Positions 10,474-19,462 of a stretch of DNA of 64,000 nt are shown here, in pieces (position 1 is the stretch's first letter; every line of letters begins with the position of its first letter). Source of the DNA: Methanomassiliicoccaceae archaeon UBA72 (GTDB taxonomy: Archaea > Thermoplasmatota > Thermoplasmata > Methanomassiliicoccales > Methanomethylophilaceae). The stretch lies in assembly GCA_002509405.1 (NCBI GenBank), contig DAVO01000012.1, forward strand, positions 4,009 to 68,008, given 5' to 3'. The position numbers and the translations under genes were made by a program. Under the pieces are notes generated by a model that was not told the DNA's origin, did not search any database, and saw only the letters and a list, made by a program, of their open reading frames with translations.

Positions 10474-11778
10474 TCAACTGTGCCAGGGATCGCGACGGAC
10501 GATCGTTTCCTCGCGTCCCGGCCCTATGCTTACCAGGTCTACGGGGACCTTGAGCCCGTCCTCGATCAGCGAAATGTAGGACTTCATCCCTTCGGGCAGA
10601 GCATCGTAACCGTTCTTGACCACCTCTGCGGTATCATCCCATCCTTCCCAGCCCTTCACAGTCTTGTATACGGGCTTTGCAGCCTCGAGTTTGGAAAGCG
10701 AGGCGGGGAAGTGCTTTACGATCTTGCCGTCTATCTCGTATGCTGTGCATACCTTGACCTCTTTATATCCGCAGAGCACGTCGATCTTGGTTATGGCTAT
10801 GGAGGTGAAACCGTTGAGTCTTGCAGAGTGCTCCGCCTGCACGAGGTCCAGCCAACCGCACCTGCGTCCGCGCCCCGTCACGACGCCGAACTCTCCGCCC
10901 AGCTTCTGAAGCGCTTCCTCCTCTTCTCCTTCCATTTCGGTCACCATCGGGCCTTCGCCCACGCGCGTGGTGTAGGCTTTGAGGCACCCGACCACGCTGC
11001 CGATCCTCCTGGGAGCGACGCCCGACCCTGTGCAGGCCCCGCCAGCGCATGTCGATGACGACGTAACGTACGGGTATGTTCCGTGGTCAATATCCAGCAT
11101 CGCGCCCTGCGCGCCTTCGAAAACAACCTTTTTGCCGGCATCGAGCGCTTCGTTGATCAGGACGGAGGTGTCACATACCAGACCGTCGACCATGTCGCGC
11201 CATCGCATCATTTTTGCGAAGAGCGATTCGTTGCTGCATTGGCATTTTTCAGCATCCATCATTTCGAGGAGGTCCTTTTTGTAGGGAATCATGAAAGAGA
11301 TTTTTTCCTTAAGAAGGTCCTCTTCGTAGAGGTCTCCGACCCTGAAACCGATTCGGGATATCTTATCCTGGTACGCGGGACCTATGCCTTTTTTCGTAGT
11401 CCCGACCGGTTTGTTGCCACGATATTTCTCCTCGGCCCCGTCCAGCTTTTTGTGATAGTTCATGATGAGGTGCGCGCGGTCAGAGATTTTCAGGTTGGCG
11501 ATGGTGCCTCCTGCCTCGACGATTCGTTTTATCTCGTCTTCCATCTCTTCCATGTTTATGACCACTCCGTTACCGATAACGGCGGTCTTGTCAGGCCTCA
11601 GGACCCCGGATGGAAGCGCCTGGAGCTTGAAGGTCTTGCCATCGATTATGATGGTGTGGCCGGCGTTGTTTCCGCCCTGGAATCTGACAACCATCTCAGC
11701 GTCCTCCGCCAGATAGTCCGTGATTTTTCCCTTACCCTCGTCTCCCCACTGTGCGCCTATGATTACTAAACCCGGCAA
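10474..11778 (-). CDS. purA: Adenylosuccinate synthetase
   Basis: GAQWGDEGKGKITDYL...FQGGNNAGHT is the canonical PurA N-terminus. The start codon is TTG. Confidence 0.92.
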   Translation of the reverse strand: MPGLVIIGAQWGDEGKGKITDYLAEDAEMVVRFQGGNNAGHTIIIDGKTFKLQALPSGVLRPDKTAVIGNGVVINMEEMEDEIKRIVEAGGTIANLKISDRAHLIMNYHKKLDGAEEKYRGNKPVGTTKKGIGPAYQDKISRIGFRVGDLYEEDLLKEKISFMIPYKKDLLEMMDAEKCQCSNESLFAKMMRWRDMVDGLVCDTSVLINEALDAGKKVVFEGAQGAMLDIDHGTYPYVTSSSTCAGGACTGSGVAPRRIGSVVGCLKAYTTRVGEGPMVTEMEGEEEEALQKLGGEFGVVTGRGRRCGWLDLVQAEHSARLNGFTSIAITKIDVLCGYKEVKVCTAYEIDGKIVKHFPASLSKLEAAKPVYKTVKGWEGWDDTAEVVKNGYDALPEGMKSYISLIEDGLKVPVDLVSIGPGREETIVRRDPWHS

Positions 11779-11819
11779 CCTCTCACCAAAGCATCAAGAA
11801 CGTTCCCCTATAAAATGTC

Positions 11820-12926
11820 TTATCGGCGCGCGTCGGGGCTGGAAGAACGGTAAACATCGATTATTTCGCTAAGCGGGAGGTCGGTCTTGAAAGACGTCGG
11901 AGACATGTGCGTCCTGGATGCTTTTCCATGCTGGCACAATGCATCGACCATGATTTCTATCTTTGGCGGCGACATTTTGATATGGGAAGATAATTCGCTC
12001 AGATCATAGATGAAAACCTCTGAATCTATCTCCCTCCTCCATAGTTCCAGCATCTTGCTGCATCTGCGTTCGTCCGCCATCCCCTCGGGAGACATTCCAT
12101 TAAGAATTTCTGGGTCGTGCAGATTCCCGGTCCAGAACGGGCCGAGACGGTGCATCTCGTCGGGTCTGGAAGAAATGGACCTTTCCATTGTCTTCGTGTC
12201 ATATCTCATGTATCCAAGTTGAGAGAGTGTCCTGTCTGCCGCCTCGGCGCCCTCCGTCACCCGCACGTAAGTTCTGTAGTAATGGTCTGCGGAGAAAGAA
12301 AGCATCGGAGACATCCCGCGGTCGAATTTCGCCAACTCCCTGGCTATTGTGCACATGAGTATGCGTAATCCTCCTTCGTGGCACATGTATCCCCTCACGG
12401 GTTCAGACTGATATCTCCTGCGGCATTTGGCTGAATGGGCGCCGGCCAGCGGGGCGGTGTCGGTGGCCGTGACAGCCAATATTCCCTTTCTGCTGCATCC
12501 TCTGATCGCAGACTGGATGAAAGGCGCCGGGGAACCGAAAGGGTCCAGGTCCACATATCCGAACGCGTGCTCCGAGAATAGGATATGGAGGTCCTTGTTC
12601 GACGGAGTGCAGTTATCCAGGCCGTTAAGTTCGATGTTCTTCCTCACATACTCCATAGAGCCAGGGTTGATGTCGTTTGCCGTGACCTCTGTTCCGGGGA
12701 CCTCGTTGGCTATGCGCGCCGCGCGCGCTCCGGTGGCGGTCATGGCATCCGCGACGGTTATACCGGGACTGAGCGAACGCAGGAGCATCACGCTGACGTC
12801 ACGGTTGAAAGCCATCTGCTCGTTGAAGAAAATCTCTGAATTTTTCTTGCCCGGTCCGCCGGAAGAATGCTCCGAAGGCACCGAGAGAAGGGTACTCCCT
12901 TCCTTGACAACGACCGTTTTCGTCAT
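11820..12926 (-). CDS. trm1: tRNA (guanine(26)-N2)-dimethyltransferase
   Basis: FFNEQMAFNRDVSV...DAMTATGARAARIA...VDLDPFGSPAPF shows the Trm1 family motifs. Confidence 0.88.
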   Translation of the reverse strand: MTKTVVVKEGSTLLSVPSEHSSGGPGKKNSEIFFNEQMAFNRDVSVMLLRSLSPGITVADAMTATGARAARIANEVPGTEVTANDINPGSMEYVRKNIELNGLDNCTPSNKDLHILFSEHAFGYVDLDPFGSPAPFIQSAIRGCSRKGILAVTATDTAPLAGAHSAKCRRRYQSEPVRGYMCHEGGLRILMCTIARELAKFDRGMSPMLSFSADHYYRTYVRVTEGAEAADRTLSQLGYMRYDTKTMERSISSRPDEMHRLGPFWTGNLHDPEILNGMSPEGMADERRCSKMLELWRREIDSEVFIYDLSELSSHIKMSPPKIEIMVDALCQHGKASRTHMSPTSFKTDLPLSEIIDVYRSSSPDARR

Positions 12927-13471
12927 CAGAGGTCTTCACCGTTCATGAGGTGAATGATCTTGTAAGGCAGAAGGTTGCGGTTGGTCGGCGTTACTTCGAG
13001 GATACGGACATCGTCGCGCCTTCTAATGTCCTGCAGAAGGGGATTCCTTGATTTTTTGTGAAGAGTTATTATCATGGGCTTGCCGGCATCGAGCGCCTCT
13101 TTGACAGCATCGATGAACGCCGGACATTCGACCTCGAGCTTTCCTACCTCGTCGATCACGATGATGTCGCATTCAAGGCATGCGGATTTTATGGCTTTCA
13201 CACCTACTTTTTCAAGCGCCTCGATGTCCACTCCGAGCTTCCCAACCATGATGCGGCTCTCGATCTCCGTGCTGGCGAATACTTCGGTCTCGTTTGTCAC
13301 AAGATTGCGTACCGAACAGCCGGTCTTGCGCCTGCCGTCGTCTATAGGTTCATTTATCATACCGCCTATCAGGCGGTCGCTGTCGCCCAGCATCTCTATG
13401 ACGGTCTTCAGCACCTGCGTCTTTCCCGAACCGGGGAGACCCGTGATGCCGATCTTGATATTTTGAGCCAT
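12926..13471 (-). CDS. THEP1-type nucleoside triphosphatase (NTPase_1 family)
   Basis: ITGLPGSGKT is the P-loop and IIVIDEVGKLE is Walker B. Size and layout match the archaeal MJ1559/THEP1 family. The stop overlaps the trm1 start. Confidence 0.75.
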   Translation of the reverse strand: MAQNIKIGITGLPGSGKTQVLKTVIEMLGDSDRLIGGMINEPIDDGRRKTGCSVRNLVTNETEVFASTEIESRIMVGKLGVDIEALEKVGVKAIKSACLECDIIVIDEVGKLEVECPAFIDAVKEALDAGKPMIITLHKKSRNPLLQDIRRRDDVRILEVTPTNRNLLPYKIIHLMNGEDL

Positions 13472-13522
13472 AATTTCCTTATCCAGAGTACACCTGTATA
13501 GCGTTCCTAATATATAGTATGT

Positions 13523-13915
13523 TCACGGTTGGGGCCGATCCTCGATATTGGACACGAACATAAGCGGATATCCAATCTCTGGGTCATAGCGCATTTCTGC
13601 AGTTACGGACACCCCCTGTATCCTGATTTTCACAACAACATCTATTTTTTCCCCTGTGAGGGAGAAATACGAATATCTGTCCCTCGACTTGCTGAAAACA
13701 CCACGGTCTATATGGATGCTGGCACTCTCGACATAAGGTTGCGAGCATATGCTTTTTTCCATTGCGGCCTCCAGGGCTTGCACTCCCTCTAAGTTGATCG
13801 GCGTTCCCACGAACTGGTGGTACACCGTACCCATTTTGATCCCCGCCTCGAACAGCGCCCTTTCCCTTATGGAACAATTGAACCTGCCGGCAGCCAAAGA
13901 CTCCCTGTCAGTCAT
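13523..13915 (-). CDS. Probable archaeal dihydroneopterin aldolase family protein (MptD-like)
   Basis: ERALFEAGIKMGTVYHQFVGTP resembles the conserved core of the archaeal DHNA/MptD family as I recall it. I have no alignment to confirm this. Confidence 0.5.
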   Translation of the reverse strand: MTDRESLAAGRFNCSIRERALFEAGIKMGTVYHQFVGTPINLEGVQALEAAMEKSICSQPYVESASIHIDRGVFSKSRDRYSYFSLTGEKIDVVVKIRIQGVSVTAEMRYDPEIGYPLMFVSNIEDRPQP

Positions 13916-13998
13916 CCTGTGGGTGAATGCGATTCGATTATATTTTTATAGCTTAGGACTGAAGTAAGGGTTTATTTACAGAATCGTATAACGGCGCG

Positions 13999-14901
13999 AT
14001 GGAAATCACACTCGAATCCATTCAGCAGCTCAAAAAAGAGAAGAATGCAGTGATACTTGCGCACAATTACACCTTGCCCGAGGTCCAGGACGCGGCAGAT
14101 TATGTAGGCGATTCCCTTGGCTTGTCGCGCAAAGCCGCGGAGACCGAGGCAGAAATTATAGTTTTTTGTGGCGTCAGCTTCATGGGCGAGACGGCTAAGA
14201 TACTGAACCCCGATAAGAAGGTCCTCATTCCGGAGCCGAGGGCAGGCTGCTCCATGGCATCGATGTGCACGGCCTCCCAGGTCCGTGAATTGAAAAAACA
14301 TTATCCCGACGCGGCGGTGGTAGCCTATGTAAACACGACTGCGGACGTGAAGGCAGAAGCGGACATATGCTGCACATCTTCAAACTCCGTAAAGGCAACA
14401 TCCTCTCTGGAGGAGAAGGACATAATCTTCGTTCCCGACATGAATCTGGCCGCGTATACGGCCCGCAAGCTGCCGGAGAAGAACATAATCCCGTTCCACG
14501 GGTACTGCTCCGCACATCACGGGATCACCGCATGGCAGATCGAAGACCTTAAGATGCTGCACCCCGGGGCGGACATAGTCAGCCATCCGGAATGCGCATC
14601 GGAAGTTCTCGATATTTCCGATTATATAGGGTCAACCGAGAAGATGATCGACCATGTTCGGGAATCCTCGAAAAGCGAATTCATAATAGCCACCGAAGTA
14701 GGCATGCTCTACAGGCTCGCGAAGGCGCGCCCCGACTCCAGGTTCTATTTCCCTCCCAACGCACTGTGCCAGACGATGAAGATGACCGATCTTCGGCTTA
14801 TCTACAGGGCACTGACCGAGGGGAAAGCGGAAGTTGTTCTCGACCCCGAGATATCCAGAAGGGCCCGTATACCGGTGGAGAGGATGCTCTCCCTGCGCTG
14901 A
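13999..14901 (+). CDS. nadA: Quinolinate synthase
   Basis: NAVILAHNYTLPEVQDAADYVGDSL...FCGVSFMGETAKIL is the NadA signature. Confidence 0.9.
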   Translation: MEITLESIQQLKKEKNAVILAHNYTLPEVQDAADYVGDSLGLSRKAAETEAEIIVFCGVSFMGETAKILNPDKKVLIPEPRAGCSMASMCTASQVRELKKHYPDAAVVAYVNTTADVKAEADICCTSSNSVKATSSLEEKDIIFVPDMNLAAYTARKLPEKNIIPFHGYCSAHHGITAWQIEDLKMLHPGADIVSHPECASEVLDISDYIGSTEKMIDHVRESSKSEFIIATEVGMLYRLAKARPDSRFYFPPNALCQTMKMTDLRLIYRALTEGKAEVVLDPEISRRARIPVERMLSLR

Positions 14902-15357
14902 TTAGCGGTACATCATCTCCCAGCCGCCCTTCGGGATGAGCTCTTTCAGCTCCCCGTCGTGGAGGTCTGCGGTCTGGAAGGAGAGTTTTATAAGGTGCTT
15001 TATGAGGCTCTGGGACGGGACGCCGTCTATGTAGCTCTGTATGACCTTGAATGAAATGAAGCCCTCGTCGGAGTCCAATACGAAGCTGCCGTTGTTGATC
15101 GTGTTGTTGATCTTGTTAAGTTCGACCGTCAGTTCTTCCCTCTTGCCGGGAGGGACCTGGAACATCAGGCGGCAATAGATGTTAAGGGTCTTGTGCTCGT
15201 CGTCGGCCGCAAGGACCATGCCTATGGGCATATCCTCTCCGTTGGCCGTGAGATAAACGACCGGCTCGTCCTCCGAGACCTCGTACTTGTAATCGAAGCT
15301 GTCAAGCGCTTTGCAGACAGCATCCTTAACCGACTTCGCGCTCTTCTTCTTGAACAT
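14902..15357 (-). CDS. Hypothetical protein, YbjN-like fold suspected
   Basis: I started the ORF 14902..15483 at the internal Met (MFKKKSAKSV...). The pattern DSFDYKYEVSED...LNIYCRLMF...FISFKV is reminiscent of YbjN/T3SS-chaperone-like domains. This call is weak. Confidence 0.4.
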   Translation of the reverse strand: MFKKKSAKSVKDAVCKALDSFDYKYEVSEDEPVVYLTANGEDMPIGMVLAADDEHKTLNIYCRLMFQVPPGKREELTVELNKINNTINNGSFVLDSDEGFISFKVIQSYIDGVPSQSLIKHLIKLSFQTADLHDGELKELIPKGGWEMMYR

Positions 15358-15521
15358 TCCGACCACGTACGGTGATATGCATATGGGTATTTGTTTTTTG
15401 ACAATTCGCTCGATCCGGGAGTAAAGACAATATCTCTCCTGCGTATCCGGGTTACGAGGAAGGCCGGATGAAGATGACTTCATGCTGATCCGTGATGAGC
15501 CCTATGAGTGCCGACGGCCCC

Positions 15522-16058
15522 TCAATCCCTTTCGTAGTCTGACATGCACACATAGGAGATGAAATCGCTCAGTTTCATGCCGCTGTCCCATCTCATGATG
15601 AAATTGCCGTTGTTCGAAACGTCCATTTTGGGAATGCGTCTGTTTAGCAGACCGCATCTTCCCCTGAGCGGCGTCTCGGAAGGTATCGTAAAAACCCTCC
15701 ACGGATCCCCCCTGATTCCTTTGAGCCTGTATGCGTAGATGGGTATCAGATGAGACTTCTGGCACTCTTGCATCATCTGGTCCGCCTGTTCGGTAAGCCG
15801 GGTGTTCCTGCTGAAATGCATCGTGCTCTCGTTGGAGCTCTTGACCTCGATGGGAAATGAGAAGTCCCATCGGAGGGCCACAAGGTCGACCCCCAGGGAA
15901 CCCGCCGCCCTCACTACGAGGAAAGGCTCCCTTAGCATCGAGTTGTAGGCTTCAGTCTCGATATCGTCGCAGGTCTTCACCATCTTGGCAATGACCTTCG
16001 GGTCCCCTGAAAGTAGGTATTTCAGCTCTCTTTCGTAGATGTCGCCCGGGGGGGCCAT
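15522..16058 (-). CDS. Hjc-like archaeal Holliday junction resolvase / PD-(D/E)XK nuclease
   Basis: YERELKYLL...VVRAAGSLGVDLVA...PIEVKSS fits the Hjc E...D...E-x-K layout. At 178 aa it is longer than a typical Hjc. Confidence 0.55.
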   Translation of the reverse strand: MAPPGDIYERELKYLLSGDPKVIAKMVKTCDDIETEAYNSMLREPFLVVRAAGSLGVDLVALRWDFSFPIEVKSSNESTMHFSRNTRLTEQADQMMQECQKSHLIPIYAYRLKGIRGDPWRVFTIPSETPLRGRCGLLNRRIPKMDVSNNGNFIMRWDSGMKLSDFISYVCMSDYERD

Positions 16059-16121
16059 GATGTAAAAGTGCGTAAGGTGTTTATAAATCGGACCATGGGA
16101 TGGCCGAAAGTGCCGAAACTG

Positions 16122-17426
16122 TCAGGGAGACAGTCTCGACACGTCTCTGGGGAAAAGGATCGCTTCCCTTATGTTGGGAAGGTCGAGCATTTTCACCAGC
16201 AGCCTTTCCGTTCCGATTCCCCATCCGCCGTGCGAAGGCATCCCGTATCTGAAAGCTTCGAGGTAGAATTCGAAATCCTTCGGGTCGAGTCCTTTCTTTT
16301 CCATCCTTTCGATCAAACGGTCGATACGATGCTCCCTCTGCCCGCCCGAAGAGATCTCCTGCCCTCTGTAGTCCAGATCGAAGGAGTATGAGTAGGAGGT
16401 CCCGTCTTTTTCCATGATGTAGAATGGTTTTGCATCCTCGGGATACTCGCAGATGAAATATAGGTCGAATCCCTTCGATGACATCCGGTCTCCGACGATC
16501 TTCTCCCCCTCGGTACCAAGGTCTTCTCCGTCTTTGATGTCGAGCCCGCCCTCGCGCACTATCTCGAGGCACTCCTCATAGGTAAGGCGGGGATACGGTA
16601 AAGCAGGTATGTTGATGTCCTTGCCGAGTGCCGCAAGCTGTTCAGCACCCCTGTCTTTAATGCCCCTCAGAACGAAATCCACGATATTCTCGATCATGGA
16701 CATGACGTCCTCCTCTGATGATATCCAGGACATCTCGCCGTCGAAAGATACGAATTCCGTCACGTGCCTGTTGGTGTTGGAGTTCTCGGCACGGAATGCG
16801 GGAGATATCTCGTAAACACGGTCGAGCCCTGTCGACATAAGGATCTGCTTGTATAGTTGCGGACTTTGCGCGAGATATGCCTCCCTTCCGAAATAATCGA
16901 CTTTGAAGAGGGTTGCGCCGCCCTCGGCCCCCGAGGAGTTGATCTTCGGGGTGGAGACCTGTACGAATCCATTCTCCCTGCACGCTTCTGCGATCAGCCC
17001 GAACATAAGCGACTTAAGTTCGAATATGGCCTTGATCTCAGGTTTGCGGAGGTCCATGAACCTGTGGTTCAGACGGGTATCCATTTCCACATTTACCTTG
17101 TCTACTACGCCCATGGGGAGAGGCACCGCGGCCTCGGACACGATCTATGCGGAAGTGGGTATTATCTCGAATCCAAGAGCGGTCTGGTTGCTCTCTTTCA
17201 CCTCGCCCGTCACCGAAACCGCCGACTCCCTGGAAAGTGTTGTCAGCATCTCAAAAAGCCCAGGTTCGATCTTTTTCTTGGGCATGGTCACCTGTACCGT
17301 GCCGAACCTGTCTCTGAGCGTCAGGAAGGATATGCCCCCCAGATTTCTTATGTCCTGTGCCCAGCCGTTGACGGTCACAGTACCGTCTCCAGCCTTGATG
17401 GTCTTAGTGTTCCTTATGAGGGTCAT
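16122..17426 (-). CDS. aspS: Aspartyl-tRNA synthetase interrupted by one in-frame TAG (17145..17147)
   Basis: ORF 17145..17426 encodes the OB-fold anticodon-binding domain (TVNGWAQDIRNLGGISFLTLRDRFGTVQV). ORF 16122..17141 encodes the class II catalytic core (FRAENSNTNRH...GGWGIGTERL). Both are in the same frame, separated only by TAG and ATC. Confidence 0.85.
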
Positions 17427-17549
17427 TTAATCGAACGGTTATATCCGCTTATCATAAATAACTTCAGCTTTGGCCTCCCAGCACTGCGTGCGGGAATAAG
17501 TATTATAAATGGAACCGCCTACTCGGTATAGTTTCGAGATGGGTGTACC

Positions 17550-18692
17550 ATGTCAGAGGAAAAAGTAACAGTATCGGTGATAAAGGCGGACGTAGGGTCC
17601 GTTGTCGGACATTCTAAACCGCACCCTTCGATGCTCGAGGCATCCAGGGAGGTCCTCAGGGACGCACAGAAACAGGGTGTTGTCGAGGATTTCTATGTTA
17701 CTCGCGTCGGAGACGATATCAACTTATTCATGACCCATTACAAGGGTGCCGGCAACCGCGACGTCCACGGCGCCGCCTGGGAGTGCTTCCAGAGGGCGGC
17801 CAAGATCGCCAAGTCCATGAAGCTGTACGCCGCAGGGCAGGACATACTCACGGACGCGTTCTCCGGCAATGTCAAGGGAGCAGGCCCCGGTTCGGCCGAG
17901 TTCTCCTTCGTAGAGAGGAAATCGGAGCCGTTGTTGTTCTTCATGGCGGACAAGACCGAGCCGTCCGCATATTCGCCGATCCTCTCCAGGATATTCCTGG
18001 ACCCGTTCACGACGACCGGGCTGGTAATCGACGCCAGGGCCAAGATGGGATTCGATGTCGAGATCCAGGACGTCATGGACCACAAGAAGGTGGTAATGTC
18101 GTCGCCCGAAGAGACGCTCAGCATCCTGAGCCTTCTCGGAGACACTTCGAGATACGCGATCAAGAGGATCGACTCCAGGGCAGGCGTCGGGCCCGCGTGC
18201 GTGGTGTCCACAGACAAGCTCAACCTCACGGCCGGCAAGTACGTAGGTAAGGACGATCCGGTGTGCATATGCCGCGCCCAGAGCGGACTGCCTTCGGTCG
18301 GCGAATACCTTCAGCCTTTCGTCAACCCCACCATAGTGGCGGGCTGGATGAGGGGTTCCCACTACGGAGCGCTGTACCCCTGCTCGCCCGAGGATTCTGA
18401 CCCCGTCTATTTCGACGGGCCCCCGAGGATATGCTGCCTGGGTTTCCAGCTCAACGACGGAAAGCTTCAGGGCCTGGAGCCGATGAACTCCAAGAACGGA
18501 GAGCACGTGCCCGTCGACTTCTTCAAGGGCGAGACCTGGAACAAGGCAAGGGAAGATGCCATAAAGGCGTCCATGCTCATGAGGAGCCAGGGCCCGTTCA
18601 TGCCCTCGATACTCGGACCGGAGGAGATGGAATATACCTCTCGGCCGGAGGTCCTCAGCTCTCTTACGTCGAGGTTCGAGAACATTGAGTGA
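17550..18692 (+). CDS. fbp: Fructose-1,6-bisphosphate aldolase/phosphatase (class V FBPase)
   Basis: VSVIKADVGSVVGHSKPHP...LFMTHYKG...LYAAGQDILTDAFSGNVKGAGPG is the archaeal bifunctional FBPA/P family. Confidence 0.92.
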   Translation: MSEEKVTVSVIKADVGSVVGHSKPHPSMLEASREVLRDAQKQGVVEDFYVTRVGDDINLFMTHYKGAGNRDVHGAAWECFQRAAKIAKSMKLYAAGQDILTDAFSGNVKGAGPGSAEFSFVERKSEPLLFFMADKTEPSAYSPILSRIFLDPFTTTGLVIDARAKMGFDVEIQDVMDHKKVVMSSPEETLSILSLLGDTSRYAIKRIDSRAGVGPACVVSTDKLNLTAGKYVGKDDPVCICRAQSGLPSVGEYLQPFVNPTIVAGWMRGSHYGALYPCSPEDSDPVYFDGPPRICCLGFQLNDGKLQGLEPMNSKNGEHVPVDFFKGETWNKAREDAIKASMLMRSQGPFMPSILGPEEMEYTSRPEVLSSLTSRFENIE

Positions 18693-19368
18693 AAAAAAGT
18701 TCCACAGACCGGTAATCATAGTGAACTTCAAGGCGTACCAGGAGGTCAACGGACCCGGCGCCTTGGAGCTTGCCAAGATATGCGAGAAGGTCTCAGAGGA
18801 GTCGGGGCTGAAGATTGGCATATGTCCGCCGATGGTCGACCTCGGATACGTGGCCAGGAACGTGGATGTCCCGGTGTTCGCTCAGAATATCGACCCACGG
18901 GCACCCGGATCGGCCACGGGATGGGTCACGCCTGCCATGGTGAAGGGATGTGGCGCGGCCGGAACACTGATCAACCACACAGAGCACAAGATACGGTTGA
19001 ACGAGATCTCAGAATGCACCGACCTCGCCAAGGCATCGGACCTTATCACCCTGATATGTTCCGACAATGACAGGGTCGCGGCACAGGTGGCACAGTTCCG
19101 TCCCGATTTCGTCGCCGTGGAGCCCCCCGATCTAATCGGAGGGGACCTTTCCGTCACCAAGGCAAACCCGGCGATCATCGAGAATACGGTGGATGCGGTC
19201 AGATCGGTCAACCACACCGTCATGATCCTCTGCGGTGCGGGTGTCAAGACCGGGGCAGATGTGAGGGCGGCCCTCGATCTGGGAGCCGACGGTGTGCTTC
19301 TCGCTTCCGGCGTCGTAAGGTCCAAAGATCCAGAGGCAACAGTCAGGGACCTGGTGCGGAAGGTCTGA
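18685..19368 (+). CDS. tpiA: Triosephosphate isomerase (archaeal short form)
   Basis: VIIVNFKAY...GTLINHTEH...VAVEPPDLIGG matches the family. The TTG start overlaps the end of fbp. Confidence 0.88.
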   Translation: MSEKKFHRPVIIVNFKAYQEVNGPGALELAKICEKVSEESGLKIGICPPMVDLGYVARNVDVPVFAQNIDPRAPGSATGWVTPAMVKGCGAAGTLINHTEHKIRLNEISECTDLAKASDLITLICSDNDRVAAQVAQFRPDFVAVEPPDLIGGDLSVTKANPAIIENTVDAVRSVNHTVMILCGAGVKTGADVRAALDLGADGVLLASGVVRSKDPEATVRDLVRKV

Positions 19369-19462
19369 GCCTGGCCATTCTCGGCGACGGCCGGATACGG
19401 TATGCCGAGTATCACTAACTGTAGTTGGCACTCTGATATGCGGGAACGCAGACAAGAGGGCG

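Noticed and set aside
16122-17426. Treating the two aspS ORFs as separate genes or as a dead pseudogene
   Set aside because: The two halves are in the same frame with a single TAG and no other lesions. They correspond exactly to the N-terminal and catalytic parts of one AspRS, and TAG is otherwise nearly absent as a terminator. Pseudogenisation cannot be fully excluded without reads and genome context.
17724-18821. 365-aa ORF on the minus strand
   Set aside because: It is antisense to the FBP aldolase/phosphatase and tpiA genes and is a shadow ORF.
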